Counted from the stretch's first letter, positions 28,915-36,487 are shown. The stretch: DNA of 64,000 nt from Pseudomonadota bacterium (GCA_034659015.1 JAYEGL010000011.1:181310-245309), one strand, 5' to 3'. Made by a program: numbers and translations. Notes: generated from the sequence alone by a model not told the origin.

Positions 28915-29220
28915 CTACGGATGAAACAGGTGCTGGATCCGCGCCGCCTGGAAATTGGCGATCGGCAGGGTCTGCGCGGCCAGCTCCAGGCCGACCTCGC
29001 GGGCCGTGGCCAGCGCATCGTCGCGCGTGATCTCGACATCGTCGAATTCCGGCGGCTCGTGGCTGTCCGGATCGGCGGCAGCCAGCCCGTCCACATGCAT
29101 CACTTCGGGCGCGTGCGTGGGCACTTCCTCACGAAAGTCGCCGCCGCGCGGATGGGTGCGGGCCTTGAGGCTGCGGACCGTGCTCAGCGAAACGGGGCGG
29201 GCAGGAGGATCGATCTTCAT
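28915..29220 (-). CDS. Hypothetical small acidic protein
   Basis: 101-aa ORF with high GC3 and plausible composition. The overlapping + ORF 28921..29520 is R/G/P-rich. No family recognised. Confidence 0.4.
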   Translation of the reverse strand: MKIDPPARPVSLSTVRSLKARTHPRGGDFREEVPTHAPEVMHVDGLAAADPDSHEPPEFDDVEITRDDALATAREVGLELAAQTLPIANFQAARIQHLFHP

Positions 29221-29380
29221 GCCGACACCTCCCGCCCGCAGGCGGAACCATCCGTTTTGCTGCGTGAGCGCCGGACAGCCGCCCCGCGGCCCGACCGGCA
29301 GGGCAGGCCCGGCGACAGGGCGTTGGATCCCATGTCGAGGCCACCTCAGATTGTTCGAATAATACCCTATGAACTGAGTC

Positions 29381-29396
29381 TTAAGGATCGATTAAC
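29381..29396. promoter_or_regulatory. CtrA-type box TTAA-N7-TTAAC with adjacent GANTC
   Basis: ttaa-ggatcga-ttaac at 29381-29396, with gagtc (a CcrM-type GANTC site) at 29376-29380. It lies in the intergenic region upstream of the minus-strand ORF that starts at 29220. Confidence 0.4.
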
Positions 29397-29425
29397 CGAA
29401 TGGGCCTGTCGCGCAACCGGACGGC

Positions 29426-31309
29426 TCAAGCGTCCGCCTGCGCCGCCTCAAGCGCCTCGGCCGCCTCCAGCCAGCTCGTCTCGGCGGTGTCCAGCAGGTT
29501 CACCGCCTTCGCCCGCTTGATCTGGAGCTCGGTCGCCGTCTTGGGGTCCTTTTCGTAGAGCCCGGGGGCGGCCAGGCCCTTGTCGATCGTCTCGATCACG
29601 CCGCGCAGGCGGTCGCATTCCTTTTCCCAGCGGGCGGTCTCGGCCTTGAGCGGTTTCAGGGCCTCGCGCCTGGAGGCGCTTTCGCGGCGGCGCTGGCTTT
29701 TCTCGTCGGCGGGAGCGGCCTTTTTTGCCTTCGGGTCGCGGGGCACGCGGCCGAGCAGGGACTGGCGATAGGTCTCGATGTCCTCGTCATAGGGTTTCAC
29801 CGTGCCGTCGGCGACGACCCAGAGCCGGTCGACGCAGCTCTCGATGATGTGGCGGTCGTGGGTGATCAGCACGACGGCGCCCTCATAGGCGTTGATCGCG
29901 TTGATCAGCGCGGCGCGGCTGTCCATGTCGAGGTGGTTGGTCGGTTCGTCGAGGATGAGCAGGTGCGGGCCCTCGAAGGTGATCAGGTTGAACAGGAGCC
30001 GCGCCTTCTCGCCGCCGGAGAGGTTTTTCGCCGGGGTCTCCTGGCGGTCGCCGGGCAGGCCGAAGGTCGCCAGGCGGGCGCGCCGCTGGGCTTCGGTGGC
30101 GTCCTCCATCAGCTCGATCACGTGCTGATAGGCCGATTTCTCCGGCGACAGATCGTCGATCTGGTGCTGGGCGAAGAAGGCGATCTGCAGCTTCTTGTGT
30201 TTCCGAAGATGCCCCGACATCGGCGCCAGCCGGTCGTTGAGCAATTTGGCCAGGGTCGACTTGCCCGCCCCGTTGCGACCGAGAATGCCGATCCGGTCGT
30301 CCGGATCGATATTGAGACTGATGTCGCGCAGGATCGGCCTGTCCGCCTCGTAGCCCACGGCGACGTCCAGCATGCGCACGATGGGCGGGGCCATGCGGCG
30401 CTGCGGATCGGGGAAGTCGAAGGGGGCGACCGGGTCTTCCACCTGGGTGGCGACGACCTGCATCTTCTCCAGCCGTTTGACCCGCGACTGGGCCTGTTTG
30501 GCCTTGGACGCCTTGGCCTTGAACCGGTCCACGAAGCTCTGCAGGTGGCGGCGTTCGGCCTCCTGCTTTTCCACCAGCTTCATCTGCAGGCGCTGCTTTT
30601 CCATCAGCGCCTTTTCGAAATCGTCATAGCCGCCCTCATAGACCGACAGCTTGCCCTGCTTGAGATGGGCGATCTTCTGCATCGCCCCGTTCAGGAGGTC
30701 GCGGTCGTGCGAGATCACCAGGGCCGCGCCGGGGAAGGTCTTCAGATAGCTTTGCAGCCACATCACGCCTTCCAGGTCGAGATAATTGGTCGGCTCGTCC
30801 AGCAGGAGAAGGTCGGGCCGGGCGAACAGGGTCGCGGCCAGCGCCACGCGCATGCGCCAGCCGCCGGAGAATTCCTTGCACGGGCGCAGCTGTTCGGTGC
30901 CGGAAAAGCCCAGACCGGACAGGATGGTGCCGGCGCGGGCTTCCGCCGTGTGGGACTCGATATCGGCCAGGCGGGTCTGGATCTCGGCGATGCGGTCGGG
31001 ATCCTGCGCGGTCTCGGCCTCGGCCAGGAGGGCGGCGCGCTCATGGTCGGCGGCCAGCACCACCTCCATCAGGCTCTCCTCCCCGCCGGGCGCCTCCTGG
31101 GCGACCGAGCCGACGCGGGCGCCTTTCTGCACGCGCACCTCGCCGCTCTCCGCGGCGGTTTCGCCGCGGATCAGGCGGAACAGGGTCGACTTGCCGGTGC
31201 CGTTCCGCCCGACCAGACCCATCTTGGTCTTGGCCGGCAGGAAGAGCGTCGACTGGTCGAACAGCATCCGCCCTTCGATGCGGTAGGTGAGGTCGTTGAC
31301 GTGCAGCAT
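29426..31309 (-). CDS. ABC-F family ATPase (two ABC domains, no TM domain)
   Basis: Two Walker A motifs (GRNGTGKST, GRNGAGKST), two LSGG signatures (FSGGWRMR, LSGGEKAR) and a charged linker and C-terminal coiled region. Confidence 0.9.
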   Translation of the reverse strand: MLHVNDLTYRIEGRMLFDQSTLFLPAKTKMGLVGRNGTGKSTLFRLIRGETAAESGEVRVQKGARVGSVAQEAPGGEESLMEVVLAADHERAALLAEAETAQDPDRIAEIQTRLADIESHTAEARAGTILSGLGFSGTEQLRPCKEFSGGWRMRVALAATLFARPDLLLLDEPTNYLDLEGVMWLQSYLKTFPGAALVISHDRDLLNGAMQKIAHLKQGKLSVYEGGYDDFEKALMEKQRLQMKLVEKQEAERRHLQSFVDRFKAKASKAKQAQSRVKRLEKMQVVATQVEDPVAPFDFPDPQRRMAPPIVRMLDVAVGYEADRPILRDISLNIDPDDRIGILGRNGAGKSTLAKLLNDRLAPMSGHLRKHKKLQIAFFAQHQIDDLSPEKSAYQHVIELMEDATEAQRRARLATFGLPGDRQETPAKNLSGGEKARLLFNLITFEGPHLLILDEPTNHLDMDSRAALINAINAYEGAVVLITHDRHIIESCVDRLWVVADGTVKPYDEDIETYRQSLLGRVPRDPKAKKAAPADEKSQRRRESASRREALKPLKAETARWEKECDRLRGVIETIDKGLAAPGLYEKDPKTATELQIKRAKAVNLLDTAETSWLEAAEALEAAQADA

Positions 31310-31437
31310 GGGAGAAGGCGGTTAGCGCGGAGCGGCGGGCCGATCAATCGGGAAAGGCTGATGGGGGGATGAACAAGTATCGGTTCATGGTGTGCACAGG
31401 TTGGTCGCCTTGGAACTCCATCGCCTTTTTTGGTGTT

Positions 31438-31601
31438 GTCACCCCGGACGTATGCCCGGCCTCGGGCCGGGCGGAGTTCCGGGGCCCATACTCCCGGTGC
31501 AAACCCAGTTGTTTCCGCTATCGAGCCCGCTTTCGACCTGCAGCGAGTGTATAGGTCCCGGCTCTCCGCCCCGCCTGCGCGGGGCATTCGGCCGGGATGA
31601 C
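31438..31601. repeat. 164-bp inverted-repeat element (family A, copy 2)
   Basis: The left arm gtcaccccggacgtatgcccggcctcgggccgggcggagttccggggcccata (31438-31490) is the near reverse complement of the right arm tataggtcccggctctccgccccgcctgcgcggggcattcggccgggatgac (31550-31601). It is homologous to 1372-1536. Confidence 0.8.
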
Positions 31602-31687
31602 AACGGGGCATGTGGCACATTGGGGTTTATCGAGGCCGTGGTAACGTGTCTGATACCATCAAGCTTGGGTTGCCAGAAAGGACGGGT

Positions 31688-32002
31688 ATGCCGCTCACTC
31701 GTGAATTCAGGATAATCGTCAAGGACGGGGCCGAGCGTGATCCCGAATTCAGGACGGCCCTGTATCGCGAGGCGCTGGAGGCCCTTCTGGCCGGCGACGC
31801 TGCGACCGGGAAGGCAATGCTGCGCGATTTCGTGAATGCCACGATTGGTTTCGAGCAACTCGAAGTGCGTACGGGCACGCCCCGGAAGAGCCTGATGCGA
31901 ATGCTAAGTCCGGCGGGAAACCCGGGGCTGAACAGCCTCCTTTTGGTCTTCAAGGCACTCAATGAGATCGCCGGGACCGAACCGGAAGTGCATGTGCGCT
32001 GA
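31688..32002 (+). CDS. Small HTH DNA-binding protein, antidote/HigA-like
   Basis: MPLTREFRIIVKDGAERDPEFR...KAMLRDFVNATIGFEQL...PRKSLMRMLSPAGNPGLNSLLLVFKAL resembles the roughly 100-aa addiction-module antidote-like HTH family as I remember it. I place the start at M27 of track ORF 31610..32002. Confidence 0.6.
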   Translation: MPLTREFRIIVKDGAERDPEFRTALYREALEALLAGDAATGKAMLRDFVNATIGFEQLEVRTGTPRKSLMRMLSPAGNPGLNSLLLVFKALNEIAGTEPEVHVR

Positions 32003-32137
32003 CGCGGGTTACGGCAGCGATCTGCATCCTTTCGCACCGCCACCTTTCCATCCGGCGTCACGCCCGCTATAAGCCGCGCGAATTCACGAGCCCGGCTTGT
32101 CCGGACAACCCCCGTATCTGCTTCGAGGACCTTTCCC

Positions 32138-32560
32138 ATGGCGCTGCAACGCACCTTCTCCATCATCAAGCCCGACGCCACTGCCCGCAACATCACCGGC
32201 GCCATCAACGCCAAGATCGAGGACGCCGGCCTGCGCATCATCGCCCAGAAGCGCATCCGTCTGAGCCAGGACCAGGCGGAAGGCTTCTACGCTGTCCACA
32301 AGGAGCGTCCCTTCTTCAACGACCTGGTGTCCTTCATGGTCTCCGGCCCGGTCGTCGTGCAGGTGCTGGAAGGCGAGGACGCCATCGCGAAGTATCGCGA
32401 AGTGATGGGTGCCACCAATCCGGCCGACGCCGCAGAGGGCACGATCCGCAAGGAATTCGCCGAGTCGATCGAAGCCAATTCCGTGCACGGGTCCGACGCT
32501 CCGGAAACCGCCGCCCAGGAAATCCCCTTCTTCTTCTCCGACGACGAGATCGTCGGCTGA
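32138..32560 (+). CDS. ndk: Nucleoside-diphosphate kinase
   Basis: [14 protein letters not shown] start and the active-site region NSVHGSD. 140 aa. Confidence 0.97.
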   Translation: MALQRTFSIIKPDATARNITGAINAKIEDAGLRIIAQKRIRLSQDQAEGFYAVHKERPFFNDLVSFMVSGPVVVQVLEGEDAIAKYREVMGATNPADAAEGTIRKEFAESIEANSVHGSDAPETAAQEIPFFFSDDEIVG

Positions 32561-32588
32561 GCCGAAGCGGCATGGCCAGAATGACAAA

Positions 32589-32617
32589 GGGCCCGGCGGT
32601 TGCGCCGGGCCCTTTTT
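32589..32617 (+). terminator. Rho-independent terminator of ndk
   Basis: gggcccggcg-gttg-cgccgggccc followed by ttttt. Confidence 0.85.
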
Positions 32618-32730
32618 CGTTATCAAGCTACTTTTCTCGCGATCAAAAATTGTTCTTGAACGAGGGTAGCTGCTCTGTGAACTTGTGGTAAGCGTTGGCG
32701 ACCATAAAGAGTAGAAAATGGAGCAAATTA

Positions 32731-33798
32731 ATGCGCCGCAGCAGTAACATTCTTACCGAATTTCTGAAGGCGCAGGACGATTTGGTAATCCAGTCTGCCG
32801 ACCTTCCATTGGGAACTTTAGCGGAAATGGTAGGTAGCGGAGCCATTGACCTTGAACCCGGTTTTCAAAGAAGAGAGCGTTGGAAAATTGAGAAACAATC
32901 GGCGTTGATTGAGTCTTTTCTTCTAAATGTTCCTGTCCCTCCAATTTATCTTTCTGAGCAAAATGATGGAACGTACACTGCTATTGATGGAAAGCAGCGC
33001 TTAAAATCTATTTCTGACTACATACTTGGAAAATTTGCTCTCAAAGACTTGGAAAAGCTCGAGTCTGCTCGCGGGTTGAAGTTTTTAGATTTGCCAAGTG
33101 AAATACAAAATTCATTGAAGCTCAGGCCGTATTTGCGTGTCGTTACTTTGCTTCGACAATCCGATCCTTTGCTAAAATATGAGGTCTTTTTGCGTTTGAA
33201 TAGAGGGGGCGAGAGTCTTAATCCTCAGGAAATAAGAAATGTCGCCTTCAGAGGGCGTCTGAATAATTTAATTTATAAACTTTCAGAGAATAAGTTTTTA
33301 CGAAGGCAATTAAAAATAAAGAATTTTACTGAGTCCGCTTATAGGCAGATGTCTGATGCTGAATACGTGCTAAGATTTCTTACGTTGAGAAGCTATTGGT
33401 CAGATTTTAGTGGCTCACTTTCGCGTGAAATGGATAGATTTATGGAGCAAAATAGAAATTGCGACGACGAATTTATCACTAGGTGCGAAAAGGACTTTGA
33501 GTCGGCAATCGGTCGTTGCGAGCAATTGTGGGGAGGGGCGGCTTTTCGGCGGCCAGATGGTGAAAATTGGCGCGATCAAACGCTTGCCGGAATGTATGAC
33601 GCGCAAATGATAGCTTGTTCGGAGATTACTGAGGACCAGTTTAAGCGGGCAATCAGGAAAAAAGAGAGCATAACTCAGAAAACGCGTAGTTTGTTCGATG
33701 ATGGCGAGTTCGATCAGGCGGTTAGAACTGGTACGAACACACCAAGTAGAATTCAGCTGAGAGTCGAACGGATGATGGGAATGTTGGCTGAGGTCTAA
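32731..33798 (+). CDS. DUF262 (ParB/Srx-like) domain protein, stand-alone
   Basis: Motifs PGFQRRERW (nt 32857-32883), DGKQR (32986-33000) and FLRLNRGGESL (33187-33219) match the DUF262 pattern. The ATG at 32731 has GGAG 7 nt upstream. The track start at 32695 is a TTG with no clear SD. Confidence 0.85.
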   Translation: MRRSSNILTEFLKAQDDLVIQSADLPLGTLAEMVGSGAIDLEPGFQRRERWKIEKQSALIESFLLNVPVPPIYLSEQNDGTYTAIDGKQRLKSISDYILGKFALKDLEKLESARGLKFLDLPSEIQNSLKLRPYLRVVTLLRQSDPLLKYEVFLRLNRGGESLNPQEIRNVAFRGRLNNLIYKLSENKFLRRQLKIKNFTESAYRQMSDAEYVLRFLTLRSYWSDFSGSLSREMDRFMEQNRNCDDEFITRCEKDFESAIGRCEQLWGGAAFRRPDGENWRDQTLAGMYDAQMIACSEITEDQFKRAIRKKESITQKTRSLFDDGEFDQAVRTGTNTPSRIQLRVERMMGMLAEV

Positions 33799-33799
33799 T

Positions 33800-34708
33800 T
33801 TGCTTTCTTCCTATTACACAACATTGATCGCCCTTAAGGGCGCGCTGTCTGATCCATTGCTAGTAGGAGGCGTCCCTAGTTCTGGTGCTCTGGGTCAAGA
33901 CGCATCGGCCAGCTTAAGGCTTGGTGGAGCGGTCGTGGTTTATTCGATGCTCGAGGATCATATCGATAAGGCCGTCGACCGCTTGGTGGATTTTGTGTCC
34001 GCTAGAGGTTTTGACGCTCGTCTTTTCCCGGAAAAATTGCAAAAATTCTTGATTGTTGATGCTATCAGTTCGATGGCGAACCAAATGCGGTTTCAAGAAA
34101 GTGGCGAGAATGTAGCGAGCGCAATGACAAATATCCCAAAGTTGAGTTTGGTAACTGAAACTCCGTCAGAATTCCGTTTGCATGGTCTGCGAAAGCAGGG
34201 GTCAAATGTTGTCTTTAAAGATGTGACGGGCGCATTCGGAGCGTTTGGCGTCAAAAATCTTTTTGAAGGAAAGTTGAAAGACATATTGAACGATATTGGT
34301 GGCTCTCGACCAAGTCCAAAGCAAGATTTCATTACACTTTCAAAGACAAGAAATAGCTCGGCGCACAAAGCATACCATAGTATATCTATAAGTAATCTGC
34401 AAAATCATATAGATTCTGCTATTCTTTTGGGTGTTGCTATTGATTGTTTAATTCGGTTTATGAGTGCGGCGATAAAATTTTACAATAACGAGTCCGATTT
34501 TGATGCAGAGATGAGTTTTCCCGCTAAGCAATACAGGTTTTTGGACGAAGTGGGTGTCGGAAAATTTGTGGAGTCCGTCTCGGGAGCAAAACGGGCTAGC
34601 AAAAAATATTCGACGCTAGAGGCTGGGCTTCGGGGCTGTATGAGCCGCGCTTCTGATCTGCCCATCGTAGTGCGGAGAGCTCAGTTTCCAATTGGAGTGG
34701 CGTATTAG
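33800..34708 (+). CDS. HEPN-like protein with R-x4-H motif (MAE_28990/MAE_18760-like by motif layout)
   Basis: RNSSAH at aa 184-189 (nt 34349-34366) sits in a predicted helical context, and an early helix AVVVYSMLEDHIDKAV is placed like the first HEPN helix. The TTG start has GAGG 6 nt upstream and lies 1 nt after the upstream stop. The family assignment is an inference. Confidence 0.7.
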   Translation: MLSSYYTTLIALKGALSDPLLVGGVPSSGALGQDASASLRLGGAVVVYSMLEDHIDKAVDRLVDFVSARGFDARLFPEKLQKFLIVDAISSMANQMRFQESGENVASAMTNIPKLSLVTETPSEFRLHGLRKQGSNVVFKDVTGAFGAFGVKNLFEGKLKDILNDIGGSRPSPKQDFITLSKTRNSSAHKAYHSISISNLQNHIDSAILLGVAIDCLIRFMSAAIKFYNNESDFDAEMSFPAKQYRFLDEVGVGKFVESVSGAKRASKKYSTLEAGLRGCMSRASDLPIVVRRAQFPIGVAY

Positions 34709-34773
34709 CCACTGATTGGACGTGAGCGAAAGTGCAGAGCGTAAAAAATAGGTACATGTGGTAGTCTTCGCTC

Positions 34774-35787
34774 ATGTCCGCGCTCCACGATCTCATCCGG
34801 CGCCTGCCCAAGGCCGAGCTTCACATGCATCTGGAAGGTTCGCTGGAGCCGGAGATGATGTTCGAGCTGGCGCAGCGAAACGGCATCGCCATCCCCTACG
34901 ACACGCCGGAAGCGGTGCGGGCGGCGTATGATTTCTCCAGCCTGCAGGACTTCCTCGACATCTATTATGCCGGGATGAGCGTGCTGGTCACCGAGCGCGA
35001 TTTCTTCGACCTGACCCGCGCCTATCTCGACCGGTGCGCCGAAGACAATGTCCGCCATGTCGAGGTCTTCTTCGATCCCCAGGCCCATACCGAGCGGGGC
35101 ATCGCTTTCGAGACCGTGCTCAACGGCATCACGGCGGCGCTGGACGCGGGCGAGGACGAGCTGGGCATCACGTCCAAACTCATCCTGTGCTTCCTGCGGC
35201 ACCTGTCCGAGGAGGCCGCGCGCGACGTGTTCGAACTGGCGCGCCCGCATCTCAACGATATCGACGGGGTGGGGCTGGATTCCTCCGAGCTGGGCCATCC
35301 GCCCTCCAAATTCGCCCGCGTCTTCCACCTGGCCGGCGAACTGGGCCTGAAACGCGTCGCTCATGCCGGCGAGGAGGGGCCGCCGGACTATGTCCGCGAA
35401 GCGCTCGACATCCTGGAGATCGACCGGCTCGATCACGGCAATCGCGCGCTGGAGGATCACCACCTGGTCGAGCGCCTGGCCGCCGAACAGATGACGCTGA
35501 CCGTCTGCCCGCTCTCCAATCTGCGCCTGTGCGGGGTGGCGCGGCTGGAGGATCACCCCCTCAAGCGCATGCTGGAGCTGGGCCTGCGCGCCACGGTGAA
35601 CTCGGACGATCCGGCCTATTTCGGCGGCTATGTGAACGAGAATTATATCCGCATCGCCGACGCCCTGGGCCTGACGGAAGACGAGATCGTCACCCTGGCG
35701 CGCAACAGTTTCCGCGGCGCCTTCCTGCCGCCCCAGCTGATCGAGCGCCACCTGCACGAGATCGACGCCGTCGTGGAAAAGGTCTGA
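34774..35787 (+). CDS. add: Adenosine deaminase
   Basis: LPKAELHMHLEGS metal-binding start, plus HAGE and SDDPAYFG motifs. Confidence 0.95.
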   Translation: MSALHDLIRRLPKAELHMHLEGSLEPEMMFELAQRNGIAIPYDTPEAVRAAYDFSSLQDFLDIYYAGMSVLVTERDFFDLTRAYLDRCAEDNVRHVEVFFDPQAHTERGIAFETVLNGITAALDAGEDELGITSKLILCFLRHLSEEAARDVFELARPHLNDIDGVGLDSSELGHPPSKFARVFHLAGELGLKRVAHAGEEGPPDYVREALDILEIDRLDHGNRALEDHHLVERLAAEQMTLTVCPLSNLRLCGVARLEDHPLKRMLELGLRATVNSDDPAYFGGYVNENYIRIADALGLTEDEIVTLARNSFRGAFLPPQLIERHLHEIDAVVEKV

Positions 35788-35863
35788 GACGGCGTCCGCC
35801 GCGGATTGAACCGGCTGGCCGCATTGCCTACCTGCCCGTGAACGTAGCGAGCGGGACGGTGCC

Positions 35864-36487
35864 ATGGATGCGGCCCTCTATCTGAGCCTGGTGGGCTTCG
35901 TCGTGGCCATGTCCGTCACGCCGGGGCCGAACAATCTCATGCTGATGTCGTCTTCGGCCCTGTTTGGTGTGCGGCGGACCTTGCCGCACTATTTCGGCGT
36001 TCAGCTGGGTTTCAATCTGCTCCTGGTGGCCGCGGTCTTCGGTCTGGGCGAACTGGTCGGCCGTTATCCCGTCACCCTGGATGCCGTGAAGATCGGCGGC
36101 GCGCTCTGGCTGGCCTGGATGGCGCTGGCCTTTTTCCGCGCCGGGCTGGCAAAGCCGGCGGACCCGGACACGCCGCGCAAGGAAAAGCGCCGTTCCCGGC
36201 CCTTCAGGAGCTGGGAGGCGGCGCTGTTCCAGTGGATCAATCCCAAGGCGCTGCTGATGACGATCTCGGCCGCCGGCGCCTATATCGCCCTGGCGGACAC
36301 GGCCAGCGAGCGGGCGGCGCTCTTCGTGGGCACATTCGTCCTGTTCGGGGCGCCCTGCGGCCTGTTGTGGATGCTGGCCGGCGGGGTGATCCATCGCTTT
36401 CTCACCGACCGCCGGCATGCCCGCCTGCTCAACCTCGCCATTGGCGGGCTGCTGCTGGCGACGATCGCCATCATCCTGACGGGCTAG
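35864..36487 (+). CDS. LysE/RhtB-family amino-acid exporter
   Basis: 207 aa with about six TM segments and an N-terminal VTPGPNNL motif. Confidence 0.85.
   Translation: MDAALYLSLVGFVVAMSVTPGPNNLMLMSSSALFGVRRTLPHYFGVQLGFNLLLVAAVFGLGELVGRYPVTLDAVKIGGALWLAWMALAFFRAGLAKPADPDTPRKEKRRSRPFRSWEAALFQWINPKALLMTISAAGAYIALADTASERAALFVGTFVLFGAPCGLLWMLAGGVIHRFLTDRRHARLLNLAIGGLLLATIAIILTG

Larger units (their letters stand above)
32621..34770. other. AT-rich islet of about 2.1 kb (probable horizontal acquisition) carrying the DUF262-HEPN gene pair
   Basis: Hand counts of four 60-nt lines inside give 32%, 32%, 37% and 53% GC, against 62% for an ndk line. The composition changes abruptly right after the ndk terminator and just before the add start. 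Confidence 0.8.

Noticed and set aside
31392-31715. The 107-aa ORF (and 31369..31554) upstream of the antidote-like HTH gene, considered as a possible toxin partner.
   Set aside because: The sequence is built from the family A inverted-repeat arms, has Pro/Gly/Cys-rich composition and shows no RelE/ParE-like features.
32643-32846. A small minus-strand ORF (67 aa) inside the islet leader and the 5' end of the DUF262 gene, plus 34596..34811 (-) at the right edge, considered as possible antitoxin-like small genes.
   Set aside because: They overlap the well-supported plus-strand genes, show no RBS or motif support, and the second crosses the compositional boundary into add.
32680-34768. A possible direct repeat flanking the islet: acttgtggtaag (about 32681-32692) versus acatgtggtagt (about 34754-34765), as an att site or target-site duplication.
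   Set aside because: Only a 7-nt exact core (tgtggta) is shared. By a rough estimate, such a match between two ~60-nt AT-rich flanks is expected about one time in five. The left copy lies inside the islet leader rather than at the compositional boundary.
34705-35865. A 386-aa minus-strand ORF covering all of add and touching the islet edge, which might look like a third islet gene.
   Set aside because: It is antisense to a canonical adenosine deaminase, lies in high-GC DNA outside the islet, and has shadow-ORF composition.
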